Shown in pieces: positions 12,616-26,500 of a stretch of 64,000 bases of DNA; position 1 is the first letter of the stretch, and every line of letters begins with the position of its first letter. The position numbers and the translations under genes were made by a program. The DNA comes from Bugula neritina (lineage: Eukaryota; Animalia; Bryozoa). The stretch is from assembly GCA_964035545.1 (NCBI GenBank), contig OZ037766.1, positions 7,802,722 to 7,866,721 of the forward strand. Reading direction: 5' to 3'. The notes beneath the pieces are model-generated. The model did no database searches and was not told where the DNA came from. It saw nothing but the letters and a program-made list of their open reading frames with translations.

Positions 12616-15600
12616 ATGGAAAAGAATGGAAATGAACGAAGGTATGTATTTTAAAAATTGCAGGCGAATGCAAATGTTGATTTTTAATTAAGTTATGGTT
12701 TGTCAAAAAACACTATTTTCTGTTGCAGCTTTCACTAATTGATAAAAGTTGTTTAAACAATGTGTCTAAATTTGGCAGGGAAATTTTAATGCAGAAAATT
12801 GAGGACATATCTCTAACAATCTTTAAGCAGATAATGAATGATGAGCTCCCAGAACTATTTGTATCAAGAAAACGAGATTGGACAACTGCTAATTCTGCTT
12901 CTGAGTAATTACTTTTTACGTGTATATACTTTTTGAACTTCTTATATTCTCTATTTTCTGTAGAATAATTTTGAACATTAATGATTTACTAAAAAAAATT
13001 CAGTTTTCTTTCAATTACATTGTTGATACTTCCATATTAAACTCTGCTTTTGAGACCTAAAAAAACTTAAAACTGTCATTAATCTAGTTGATGCATAATG
13101 CTTTACATGAACATAGTAACGCATATAGAAATCATGATAGTGTGTTGCATGACACATTGCAATTTATTGTATGCCCATAGCTTTAAAAACGAATTTTAAT
13201 AATTTTAGAAAAGATAAACTTTGCACCAGAGGTTCTACTATTCGATTTAGTAGCAGAAGAAGTGTTATTAAATTTGGTTAGTCACCTCTGCTACTTCTTG
13301 GCTGTTGATTTTGCATATAATATTAATTGTTGAACAATGGAACAAAATTGTGATAGTGTTGCAAAATTAGAAAAATAAAAACTGTTTAGATAAAGAAATA
13401 TATAATATTTTTACAGTGTATGCCAACACATTCTTAAACTCATTGTACTAATCTGTTATTAAAGTCTTGTTCTCGTTTGGCAGCTAATCTAGGTGTGTAT
13501 TAAACGATTGTAATGAGCAGTCAATGTTCTAAAATATGAAAAATGGTAGCTCAAATATCTTTATTGCGCAACTTTCTAATGATGATGCTATTGATACAAA
13601 ATATATTATGTTCTAGCTTCTAATATATAATAAATATATCATTTGTTGCAAATAGATTGCATGATCCAAAAATAAATATAACAAAAGTTAATATAAATTG
13701 TCCGGGCCCCCAAAATTTACTTTACTCCATGTGTAACATGTTTTGCAGGATCTATGATGAAGTTGTTGTCAGCGGTCTATTCACTTTTAGTCCAGAATCA
13801 ATATTGTACTAAACGGTAATAAGATTAACACCAATATATAACCTATATATGTCAAGTTGCAATACTTTACTAAGTTGTAAAAGGTATAATAATATAACGC
13901 AGTAAATTAACTTCTATATTTCTGATAAATTAATCTGCAAGTTATTATGTAAATTTATATTTTAGAGATTTATACTATCAGAATCCTGATTTGTATGGAA
14001 ACCAAAGATATGTTGATCAGCTGATAGATAGCCTTTCATCAATGCTGAAAGTGCCACGCTGGCATCTCCATGTGGTAAGAATGTAGATTGGTCAGTCATA
14101 TCTTGATAGAATCTATAATTATATTATATAACTGGTTTTGAATAAAGCTTTTGTGTATACTTTTAGGTTGCTACATCTAAAGGTCTTCTCTCTGGTGATC
14201 TTACATTTCTTGATAGTGCTGGGAAGATGATTGATTGTTCAAACTCAAAAAATGCAAGTCAAAACATATGATATGCACAATATATTAGCACTTAATACTT
14301 ATAGTTGATTTTTTAATTGATCATGATCAACCTCACATTCTGATAATAGGATGCAGGCATGTCTTAGTAATAATTTAATTGTTGACACGCAAATAATTTA
14401 TATATAAGCCCACTCTATTTTATAGTTTCTCCTAACTTTATGATTACTATAGAGTGAGTTAATCACAAATTTGTAAGAGATAAGAAAAGTATTTTATATG
14501 CCAGATTTGGTGTTGTTTTCTTCAATTTGGTTTATGAATACGTGTGTCAATGCTACATGCATGAAAATATCACATAATGTAGTATATATAACCAACTATT
14601 TTATTTAATCGAATTTCTACCATACAGTTTAGTGCAAATTTAATATTTGGTGTAACATATTGGGACTAATCTCCATGTTGCAATAGTCTGTAATAATTTA
14701 TTACTCATTTTTAGGGCATTTTGCTACCATCTCTTATTCATAAAGTCACATTGATTAATTCAACGGCTCAATTTATAATTGTAATTGAAAAAGATGCTAC
14801 ATTTCAACATTTATTGGAAGAAAATGTATTTGATGCTCTCGGATCATGTATTTTAATTACGGTACGTAATATATTTCGTTTTATTTATTTTAAAATATAT
14901 ATACATGACATGCATTACCAAGTGAATCAATTTCAATAATTATATGCCTGTACCACAATCTGAACCTGCAATTTTTTATGCCAATTTTTTTAATACATTC
15001 TCTATACGAAACCTCAGGCCAGTGATGCAGTTATACTACTTATACAAGATATATGTACATTTTTTTAAAACAATGTAAAGACTATGTTTAAGATTTTGCT
15101 CAATTGTTGTACAGCTAGTTTAGATATTTTCTGCTTTAGTGCTGTTTGAAAAAAAATATAAAGCTATTTAAACAAGACTTTTCTTAAAAAATTATTATTT
15201 TCTAACCATCAATAAAGTTATCATTTAAATAGTAAAGTTAGAGGAAGTACTTTCTATTTTTTTAATTAACAAGTCAAGAAATAAATTTGACTTGTTGTAA
15301 ATATAGCTATCAACACTGTATAGTTAGTATCTGAAGTTGTTTTTTGTGGTGCGATCTGTTACATCTGCGCCGCATTATTCTGTAGTAAAATTAACATCTG
15401 ATAATTGCTTCAGGCAAAAGGATACCCAGACGTGAATACACGAATACTGCTCAATATGATATCTGTAAAGTTTCCCAAAATCCCTATGTACGCATTAGTG
15501 GATGCTGACCCCCATGGTGTGAGCATTTACCTCACCTACAAGTTTGGTTCGTTGGTAAGGCTATAATTATTATAAAATGAATATTACAAATTTCATAAAC

Positions 15601-17148
15601 AAACCAAAACAACTCTATGGTTTAATAGTTCAAACAGACAATGTTATTCATTATGTAGAAAATTGGGTTTGGAACTTTAGGGTAGGTTTGGATTTTTGAT
15701 ATATCTGTCCGTGCAATATCATTATTTTTTCAGGCCTGTGCCATGAATGAATGTAGTTTTATATTTTGTCAGAGTTATATTTTGGTTTTTATTTTATAGG
15801 GTGAATTTATTAATCTGAAATTTTTCTCTATCCAACTGTCCTTGGTCATGTAAAGTTTGTTACAGCACATTGGGAAAGTTCAAGAAATTGTTGTATTATT
15901 TTCTTATAAATTTGATGTAGACACTTGCTCATGATGTGCAGAATTTAGCCATTCCAAATCTGCAATGGCTGGGAGTATTGCCATCTAATATAGAAGAACT
16001 TCAAATACCAAAGCACGTAGCCATAGAACTATCTATGAAAGAAAGAGTTCAAGTACAAGATATAATGAACAGAAGTTACATGAAAAACTTATCTTTTGAA
16101 ATGAATGAGGCAAGAAGTTGACTAAATCAAACATTAAATGTTTTTAATGCATATATATTGTATGATGTATTGTGTGTGCAGGTTGGTACAGAGTATGCTT
16201 GGCAGCATGGTATGTGGAGTGATATATTTGCTGCTAGTAGCCATTTTTCTCTTGGAAACCAAAAATTTATCTGATTAAAATGTTATTTTATCATTCAATT
16301 AAATCAGAACTCAAACCATTATTAATGGATCGTTCATACTAAACATGATATAAATCATATTGCATATTAAATTTTGGTTCTATATTAAGTTTTACTGTAG
16401 CTTAGTAGATGATGGTAATGGGCACTGTGTGCCTATAAAGATTGATTTTAGCTTGATTTGAAAATAGTTACTAGTGTTGCTAGAAAAAGCTGTCAACTGA
16501 AATTGACCTCATGATTTATTCACTATAAAGCCCATGCAGCACAATGTTTGGTGAAATCATTATAGCCCATAAAAATATTGGTCGCTTTTTTACCATGATT
16601 ATGACCATGAACATGCAGGAGTAAGTCTCTGATTCTTTGGTCAGTAAAATAAGTTTTTGACATTTTGTGGTTAGTCAAAGTACTGTGTTTGATAGATAAG
16701 TGATATATGCCAACATCAAAACTATCAACACGAGAAGAAAATAACTCTCAACATTCTGGATATCAAATCAATTTATTTTGGTTTGCTTTAAATTAAGCCA
16801 TTTTGATATTGAGTAACGTGCATATATACGTGTTATCTGCCCAGACTGTTTGCTATTATATTATATATTATAATATATAATATATTTTATTATAGGTGAT
16901 CATTATTGCTATATAAAATGCAAGCTATTGGTGGCTGAATGCTATGCAACAGTTTCTAATTATGTTTGTACTTAGCTCCATAACCTCGTTAACATAGTTG
17001 CAATATTTTCTTTTAGCTTCAAACAATGCTAGAAAAGAATAAGAAAATTGAAATACAGAGCCTAGATGCATTTAATCGAAGTTATCTTCTCCATGTATAT
17101 TTACCTTACAGACTAAATAAGTTGAGACACTTCAAGCAAGCTGCCTGA
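12616..17148 (+). CDS. SPO11: Meiotic recombination protein SPO11 (topoisomerase VI A-like), about 363 aa, 10 coding exons
   Basis: Exons 12616-12641, 12779-12904, 13209-13276, 13749-13815, 13966-14074, 14167-14253, 14715-14861, 15414-15554, 15921-16109, 17017-17148 (1092 nt). Motifs: CTKRDLYY (catalytic Tyr), VATSKGL, IVIEKDATFQ, TAKGYPDVNTR, LVDADPHG (Toprim DxD), WLGVLPS, KIEIQSL, VYLP. The donors of exons 6 and 9 are GC. The first exon/start is less certain. Confidence 0.95.
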
Positions 17149-17974
17149 AGTGATTCTTTTCTGTAGGTATTGTAACTGTGTGTAAATTAATTAATGTTAC
17201 TACATATATTTTGGTAGTTCTGATTGCTTTCTATGTTTTCCAATTGCGATATTATAGACCATAAAACATTTTATGATGCTTCTAATCCTTGTCAGTCTAC
17301 TGCTTTTTAAACTTGAAATAAAAAAATTCTGTTCAAAATCCCTTTAACTTGCTTGTAGACTTCATGTAGTACAATGTGACTGTCAAATGTATTTTTTTAG
17401 ATTGCTCTGACTCAAAGATTCTTATTTTTAGAGACATACACTTGTCATGAAGTGTGACTGATTGCCTTATAGTCACTTACCATTTACCTGCTCTAAGTAT
17501 GAGTTATTGCTGGCAAACTTCTATAATAAACTGTGACAGTTATCACACCTATGTGCACATTGTAACGTTTTATCTTTTCTTCATTATGCATTTAATTTTA
17601 TAGTATTTCCATTTAAATTACCCAGGCATAGAAATCAATACATTTAATCTAGGTGTGGTTTACTCATTATAAGTTACATAATAGCTTCAGTACAACATTT
17701 ATTATACTAAGTTTATATCCTAATTGTTGTTTGAACTAGCTGCTGAAGTCTTATATTCTTTAGCTAAGGATTTTTATATTATCCTGCAAAGACTCCATTA
17801 CAATGACAACTAGCAAACGTCATACATCCTCCATGCTATATCCTCTATTAATTATGCTATAGACTTCAATATAATGTAGCGATGCATTAGACGTGAATTT
17901 CATTTTATTATTTATTGTTTTTTGCCAAGGTATTATTCATGAGCTAACTTGGATTAACCGACTCCTAGCTTGTC

Positions 17975-17988
17975 GTTACCATGGCAAC
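17975..17988 (+). promoter_or_regulatory. RFX-binding X-box
   Basis: GTTACCATGGCAAC, a 13/14 match to the palindromic X-box GTTGCCATGGCAAC, about 190 nt upstream of a gtaagt donor at 18182 that could end a non-coding first exon of the MyTH4-FERM gene. Confidence 0.7.
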
Positions 17989-20562
17989 AGCTTGACAGGA
18001 TTGTAATAAATAAGTAGTTTTCAAGTGTTGCTTGAACTGCAGAGTGATAACAGACATGTATGGCTTCTCACTGAGTACTTTTCATTAGCCAGTTCTAGCT
18101 TTACCTTTTAGTTCATCTCTATTTCAAAATAAAAGATTATAATTGTGACCAATTGAGAATACCTTGAACAACAGAGGTTGTGTAAGTATCAATTATTCCT
18201 TGTGACTGAATTATTACTTATTGTTATCAATTTTAGTCAGCGTTGAGTTATGATGATTGTAATGGCAATGTTAAAGTATGGTCAGTTTGGCATTAAACTG
18301 ATGAAACATCACAGTGACATTCTCCTCTTAGATATATTCAGACTAAAAGAGTTTTATTATGTTGTTAAACATAATTGCTCAATTTTAATAGAATTTAAAC
18401 TCTGATCAAATCATCTTTATAACATATTGTTGTACTAGTGGTTGACTTTTCACACCTTTTTATCTGATTCAACTCCTAAACTAATTATACTCATGTGTAT
18501 ATAATTTATATTTGTATATATGTATGACCTAAATTGGTGCTATCAAAGAGAATGGCGCATGTTACTACGTTTAACATGCATTCCTATTGAAGTTTCAATG
18601 TTGCTCTTACTGAAATTATATCTGAATTCCTGAATATTATTACAGGTCAGGGTCTGTGATGTTCGTATTTCCTTTTCAAGTATTGCTATGTGCTGGTGAG
18701 TTGCTACTCTTTTGTATCTCTAGTTTATTCGAGTTATTCCAGGATTGTTGCCAAATGCACGTACATAGGTCTATGATTGTAAATAACCTGAACTATGAAA
18801 TTATAACTTTCACTATTTTATGACAATGCTGATTTAGATGACCAGCTAATGGTAAAACTACTGCAGTATAGCAGACATTTTACCATAATAAAATACTTTC
18901 GCATGTAATGAAACTCGAAGCATTTCGAAACCTAGCATTTCAATAAAATGAGATGAGCGTACTACTAGATGTTTTTTTAGATTTAAATTTGAATTTGCAT
19001 GTTTCTGCACCAGTTCTATGTTTATGGTTTTTCAGATCTGAGTAATGCAAGTTCATTAAAATAATGCTTATTCTTGAAAAGGTGCAATTTCCCTTTATCG
19101 CCTATTATCTCTTATATCCACAGTGTACAAATGTTTGAGTGATAAACAATATACTGTACAAGATTGTGCTCTAAGATATTGTATGCTGTATTATAAACTT
19201 TCATTACTCTGCATTCTCCTGATCATTTCTTAATGCTGTGATTCCTCAGCTGTTCTTGGAACTTGCAGAGGAAATCTAAGCAAATTAGTTAGTAGAGATT
19301 TCGCGAGGTCTAAACGCATATACAACATGGTGGAAATAACTCAAAATTTTTGTTTTGCTCACCATTTGCTCTAAAACAAGCAATAAAGTAGCTAGATTAG
19401 TTGCACTTCTAATAGAGGAAAAATATGGTGTGTGATTGATACTTGGCTGGTTAAACGGTACCACCATTTTTCAGACGCCATTAATAAATCACTCCATTTT
19501 ACTGGACAGGGTTGCCTGAGTAATTAGATTGACAGATTTCATTGATTTGTTGAAAGCAGCTTATCACTTGGGTGAAAATTGCTGTAAGTTACTTCTACTG
19601 CATGTAATATATTTTCTTATAGTTTTGCTCTCTTGCTGTATACAGTTGTGTGAGTCTCACCTATAGTCTACTGTCAGTTGTGACCCCCTTCTTGAGATTG
19701 TTTATTTTGTGATTTCCACACATTACGGTGACCTCTGTTTGCCTTGTATAATTCTTACCATTAAACTGGATATTGTTCCAACATTTCAAATTATTATCCC
19801 TTTAATCTTTCTGATTCACTCAAGCTCAACAGTGTGGTTGCCTATAACCACAGCACAACTAGTTACTATGACTGTACTAAGACTATAGACATGCTAATGC
19901 TGATAATGTGCTCAATAAAGCTAAAAAATAATAAATAGCTGTTAATATACTCGTAAATAATAGTTGTTACTGTAAAATGTCGACTAAAATTTTTAATCTG
20001 AGTTCATATACACTTAATACTCTAGAATCTAGATGAATGTCTTATGTGGCAGTATGCTAGTAAAGTGTATTAAAACTTCAAAATGCAAAATCGTGCATGC
20101 TATGTGGTATGATTGAACTTGTTAAAACCTCCAAAATCCTAAATATTTGGTATAAAATGAATGCACGATGCAAAGCTTATGATAAAAAGGTGTTATGGGT
20201 TTATAGAAATAAAAATGGTCAAGGTACATGCTATACATCACAGACAACCTGAGAAATAGACAAACTCACTGATTTATCATAGCAATAAAAAATCTAACCA
20301 GACATTTGCATTAGTTCATGTAGCTAATTAATAACTCTAGTGTGTAAAACTAACTCATACAGTCATACACTATTGATCTTTACTAAGCTGTCTTAAATGA
20401 TGTACAGAGATGGTAACCGTTGAATGAACCTTTTCTTAAAGATATGTATTAAAAGAAGTAAAAGTGGTTGTAGTCTCACCATGTTAAGTGTAGTAATTAT
20501 TTAGATTTTTCATGCTTTAATTCTTGACTTTGAGATTTTGAAATTTTAGAATGTAAATAAAA

Positions 20563-23500
20563 ATGAGGAGGATCTTATCTAGAGGAGAGTCCAAAGACCA
20601 AAAACAAGATGGGCCACCTAGAGGAGGTAGATTGATAAAGGCTTATAGCTTCACATGGCTATTTCTGCTATAATTATATTGTAGTCAGGAAGGTTTCAAC
20701 TATAAGCCTTTTTTAAACTCTTCACAATTACTTGTTCTGTTTTCTAATTGCCTAAACTCATTGTTTGAGTATTTAGTTAAACTAATTAAGATTACTCAAT
20801 TAAGTAAGACACATGTGCCACACCTATCCAAACCTAAGGACAATATACCAGCTGTAATTTCTCTGCCCTGGTTAAAACAAGACAGGTGCATCAGTTTTGT
20901 CTCATTTGATCAGCTGTGCTTATTTATATCTTTTATTTTGTAATTTTCACTTCCCATTTTTACACAGGTACTTTTTCCCCATGATTATGTGGTCTTAATA
21001 TTAGCTCATATATTTTGCAACTAGCATACTACTTCCTTTAAGTGAGCTTTAACTAATGTTTCTTAACTTGTGTGTGACCGTATTAAAGTTACTTATTTTT
21101 AGTGGTTAATAAACCACTTGTGGTTAGTTCAAGAGACTGTATCCTTTTTTGTTCTTATTAAGTTACTTATAGGTGGCATTTACTTTCACTCCTTCTTCAT
21201 AATCTCCATTTCTTGAAAAATCAGTCTAGTTTAGATAATTATCATTATCAGTACATTAGCAACTGCATGTATTATGATAATTATATCATTTATGCAAATT
21301 TTTCAAGGCTGTAGGGTGTAAGAAATGTTCTAGTAAAAAACCCTAGAAACAGCAAAATCTAACATCATACCTGCATATAAATTGCAGATCATTTTGCCAT
21401 CATTTACTTTTTGTAGTACTGATTGTAACCTGTATAATAGTGTATCATGCATTATAAAAATATTTTCTGTAACACAATGTAGATAAATGAAAATGCTCAA
21501 AAAGGTTTTATTAATAAGGTATTATTTAATTTCATATGATGAATTCATATGGCACTTATATGACACTATCATATAGGTCAGTATAGATAAAACAGCGAAC
21601 ACTACCAACCTTTCTGGTTGTATAAAAAGTATATGGCAGGTGACTTTTTAACTAGTAATAGGCCTGTCAAATTGTTCTCAACTTTATCTTTATGGTGACA
21701 CCAGGCTGGATATATGGCTCCTTTAATGGCAACTCTGATGAAGGAATGAAAACTTTGCAAAGAAAGCATATGATTACTAGGACTGCTAGCTTTGGCAGTC
21801 CCATGACTAGGCGAAGGACTAGCTCTTGTACTAAGGTTCTGTGCTTTCTAATATTTGTTTTACAGTTTGATGGTTGCAATATGTTTTACTTGTATGGTTA
21901 ATAGATAATCAGATTAGCTATGATGGGTTTATAAAAGCTTTTAAATTTTGATGTTGTAGATTTTTTGCGAGCTGTTAGCTTATTCCAATTTCTAAACATA
22001 TATCATATATGCTAATATGCTAATAATATAATTATTTTTATTGGCAGTCATGACTTGTTTTGTTTAAATTCCTGCAGCTACGTATTCTAGCATATACACT
22101 GAATATATAATGTTTTCAAATCATTCAAAATATGGTTGGGTAGCACTTGATTTTAAATATTTTCTTCTATCTAGGACTTAACAGATGCACATGGCCATAT
22201 GTCTAGCACTGGAAAGTTTTCAATGCTAGAGTTTTCTATGATGTACTACAGACAAAACATTGACAGGTATGGCCTAGAGTTGGGGTTTTGTAGCATCTAT
22301 AATGTATTGTTAAAATTGGAATTTAGTTATTTCCCTATTCTTCGCCAGCATCTACAGCACCAAATTTTCACCAGCACTTGATAAATAATCTTAATAAAAC
22401 TGAAATATATATGTGACATGGTTTTCAATTACGTGCTTGCTTTGCGTGGTCACGTAGTTCATAAATAAAGCCTTATAATTCATACTTAAAATATTAAAAG
22501 TTTATGGTCAAACATAATGATATCCTGACGCTAGTATAGACACTGAGTACTTGATTATTTATGTCCTTTCTTGCAGGGCTTAAGTTTTGATTAATGGTTT
22601 AAAGTTTGAACTCCAGAAAATCTTCCCCAATACTGACAAATTCTGTGACACTAACTTCATTCCATGCAACTTAATGTCTAATTTTGCTTCAAGTAATCCA
22701 GCCTACTTTTTGTGTCCAAGAATTCAGAATTTTATGTTGTAGATTGTAGACTGTAAAGCTACCAACAGGGTAGCTTAACAATATTTAGTCTGAGATTACA
22801 CATATGGCATTGGCAGACTTATTTTTTGTAACAGGATTTGTCTCAATTAAAAGCCAGACTTTTTGCAGGTATGAAGCGCTTCAAAGTAGCACACACGGCT
22901 TGCAAGACAGCATAAAGTTGATTGAAACGCTGAAACTAAGTACAATTAAGAAAAGATTCCTTACTAGAGACAATGGTAAGATTACTTTATGTGAGTGCAG
23001 GGTGTAGTGCAAGATGAATAATGAGTTTTAAATCAGTAGAGTTTAAAGTTTTTCTAATTTAAGGTGTGTTTTCTTTAATACTCTTAAAGTAATTATAACA
23101 AGCATAATGTTATCGTACAATTTGACACATGTAGCCTAACCATTAATTGTTGTGAAATATCTTTTTACTTTTCATTTGTGAATTTTCTGCAATGAGAAAA
23201 TATGCATGGGCTACAGACTCTAGACTCAAGAGCTATCAATTTTTATGTGAGCTACTTGTCAATTTGAAGTAAATTTATGTATCGCAACTATTAAACCGTT
23301 ACCTTAAGGTGACTCTAGCCAGAGCAAGTCAGTGCTTGACTTGTCTTAGTTATTTTGGTCATAACTTGGTATTTGGTTACCTGTTGACTTGGCGTGGAGG
23401 TATTGAAATTGAAAATAGCCCGTGCTCTAGATTAGAAATGTAGCAATAGAAGTTGTGTTCTCTCAAGAGTTCAAACCCTTGCCTCAAACCAAAATTTATT

Positions 23501-26500
23501 AAAAAAGTTGAAGAATTTGGGTTATTGAATTTTTGCTACTACTGCACATAAATGTTGACTTGACATGTCTTGCCTTTGGTTCAACAAAGCTCTGCCGTGT
23601 GTAAAATGTGCAAGATGGAGAACCATTTGTTGTAAGTGAATTATTATTTGTTCATAAAATTTCCCTGAATGAATAATCATTTGGATACTCCAGTTCCTTG
23701 TAGTGCTTCTGAGGCCTTAAGTGTTTCCACTAGTGTGAAATATATAATGATGAGCTCATATGATTTTTTTAGAAACCCCCAAGCAGAAAAAGGAAAGTTG
23801 GTCATGGAAAGAGCAAGCTGAAGCAGTCAAGTGGTCCAGTGTGCGTCTTATTTGTAGTTTTATTACTTGAATTTGTACACTGCCAGCGTTTAAGGATATT
23901 GTTGAAGCGTGTGAATTACATAGTAGTTTATTAGGTTGAATGCTTTAGTATATATCTATCATAAAGCTGCATATTTTAGAATATTTAGAATATAAAACAA
24001 CTAGGAGGAGCTAATAACGAAAGCAACTATCACATTATTACAGTGCAAGACTTATAAACTTTCATAACTTTGTTATGGGCTTGTATAGTTAGAGGTGCAA
24101 ATCTGGTTTATCCTATCAATGTTTTGGCACAATATTTATGCACATAAATAAGGAGGAATAAAATAGGCAGCTATACCTTTATTGTAAGCTGCATGGTCCA
24201 AGTGTTATCCTCCAAAAGCCATTTATTGCTCATTAGGGAAGTTCTTTAGCTACCACTTTTTGCTAGCTCTAAATCCGGCTGTGTCACTGACAGTTCAGCT
24301 TCCTTTGCTTCCTCGGGTCATCAAAATTGCTAAGATATTTATAAAATATAAATTTTATATATAAAAAGAGCATTTTTCTAGCATAATATAACTTATAATT
24401 ATTGTTTCATAGGTGCCTCTTGAAAAATCGCTATTAAAGTTGCCCACGGATGAGATGGATAGAGAGGCAGTAGAATGTTTCTCTAGCATCCTTATGTTTA
24501 TGGGAGATCTCCCTATGCCCGAGCCCATCACTGAGCTTGATTGTGTCTTCAGAATATTAAAGGTAAGATTTAGCATTAACTATATGCATGGTATTGTCTG
24601 TTTTTAAATTATTTAACTTTTTCAGCACTATAATGTATAATATACAATATATAATATATTGTGATATACAATACATAATATACATTATATTAAGGGGCCA
24701 TAACAATAAACTCTAAAGGTTTACAATGTTTTATGAAAGCATAATGGTTGCATTGGATAAGATGACTAATTTCTATTAGTTTCTTGCTGGAATATAACAG
24801 TCTTTGTAAGTCCTAATGCTAAAACCGGCAATAAATCTGGTGGTAGGCTATTTATGCTATCTGAAGATCAAATTGCAAGTGTGTGTGCATGTATAACTAA
24901 GAATTGTATACTGAACAAGTAAAGCTTCAAAATATAATAAATTAGAGAAAAAAATATAAAAATATTGTAAAATATTTTAAATAGAAGTCAGTGTACTACG
25001 GTTTAGAAAATAGGAATGCAAATTTTAGAGTTGAATAAATTTTTCCTTGTGGTCAGAGTTATCATTTGAACTGGTCAGTTAATATTAAATGCTCGGTTGT
25101 CAGTTCTACTAGAAGTAATATAATTTATTTATAACCTTGACAGCTTCAGGATGAGTAATAATCTAACAGTTATTTTCAAAATTGGCATGACTAACCGGAA
25201 CTTCATACCAATAGGCTCATATATAGTATAATTTGCACATAATATGAGTAGTACTTTACATGTAGATGTAACTTTTCAGGCTTGCCATCAGCAACCAGAG
25301 CTGAAAGATGAAATATACTGCCAATTAACTAAACAAACCACCAATAACAAGAGTTCAAACTCGTAAGTATTGTGTTATAAGTGAAGGTATAGAGATTGAT
25401 AATTGCATTAATGGGTTTTCACATTTTCATACTTTAATATTTTTAAGCAAAATGTAGCTTCGTGAATTTTATTCAGTTGGGCTTTACGTTCAAAATTTCT
25501 GTTTTGTGAACTGTTAGGGGACACACACAGTAACAGTGTGTCAACCTCTCATTTTGCAGGAGAATGAAATAGTCAAGCATACAAACATGTTGTTAATTTT
25601 GTATTAATGATAATCTGGGTTTCAACAGATCAGTTCGCTATGAGAAGTTATAATAGGCTTGAAAAATATATTTGTTGCATCCTAAACATAACAAGTAAAA
25701 TTAGAAGTGTAAGCTAAGCAAACAGCATCAATTATGCACACAAGTATTCTTAGTTATCAGAAATCAAATAGGAAACAGAGTATCAAGTTATGTGGTTTTG
25801 TTGCTCCGAGTTTGACTCTCAAAGTTTTTTTTTAAATTAATTTTGATGTAGCTCTGCCTTTTAAAAGTTTTTAACAAACCAAATAGTAGATTTGAATTTG
25901 CAGATGAAAAAAATTACTTCCACCTGCTAGGAGACATACTGACTATGATTTTTTTAAATAAATCACCGCATTGTCTAAATTTTACATATTGCTACAGTTT
26001 ATGATCACTATAGCTTTTAGCAACAATCACCTGCAGGCATATGTATTAGACTACTCAAATGCACTTTGCTACTAGGTACTTAATTGTCATAGTAAGTTCA
26101 TCATATTTTTAGCATTCAATATATCTTTGTTATCAATCAATATTATATTATTTTATTATTGTACCCATGCTATGTTTATGTCCTGAAGATGAAGCAATCC
26201 ATAACACAATATTTCTGTCAAAATCAGGTGAACTTTTCCATTTAACCTACTGCTTTTCATATGATGGATTACCTGTTTTACTTCTTAGTCATAATTGCCA
26301 ATTTTTTCCTCCATGATGTGGCAAGAATCTTCTTTCGCAGGTTCAGAAAATATATCTATTTTTGAATCTGAAAACATCAGTGATGAAACACATTTGCTGA
26401 AAGTTCCCCACTATTTATGTTTTGCTTCCACATAGTGCATGTAGCAAAACAACAAGGTGCCATTGCAATATTGTCATGGTTATGTCTTGACCAATTAGTT

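Noticed and set aside
12723-12778. Longer SPO11 exon 2 from the acceptor at 12728
   Set aside because: Out of phase with exon 1 (immediate TAA); the acceptor at 12778 gives a continuous frame.
17149-20562. Possible myosin motor exons upstream of the MyTH4-FERM gene
   Set aside because: No P-loop (GESGAGKT), switch or IQ-like coding sequence was found, and the space is far too small.
23420-23490. B-box-like GAGTTCAAACCC suggesting a tRNA or SINE
   Set aside because: No cloverleaf or convincing A box; too degenerate to call.
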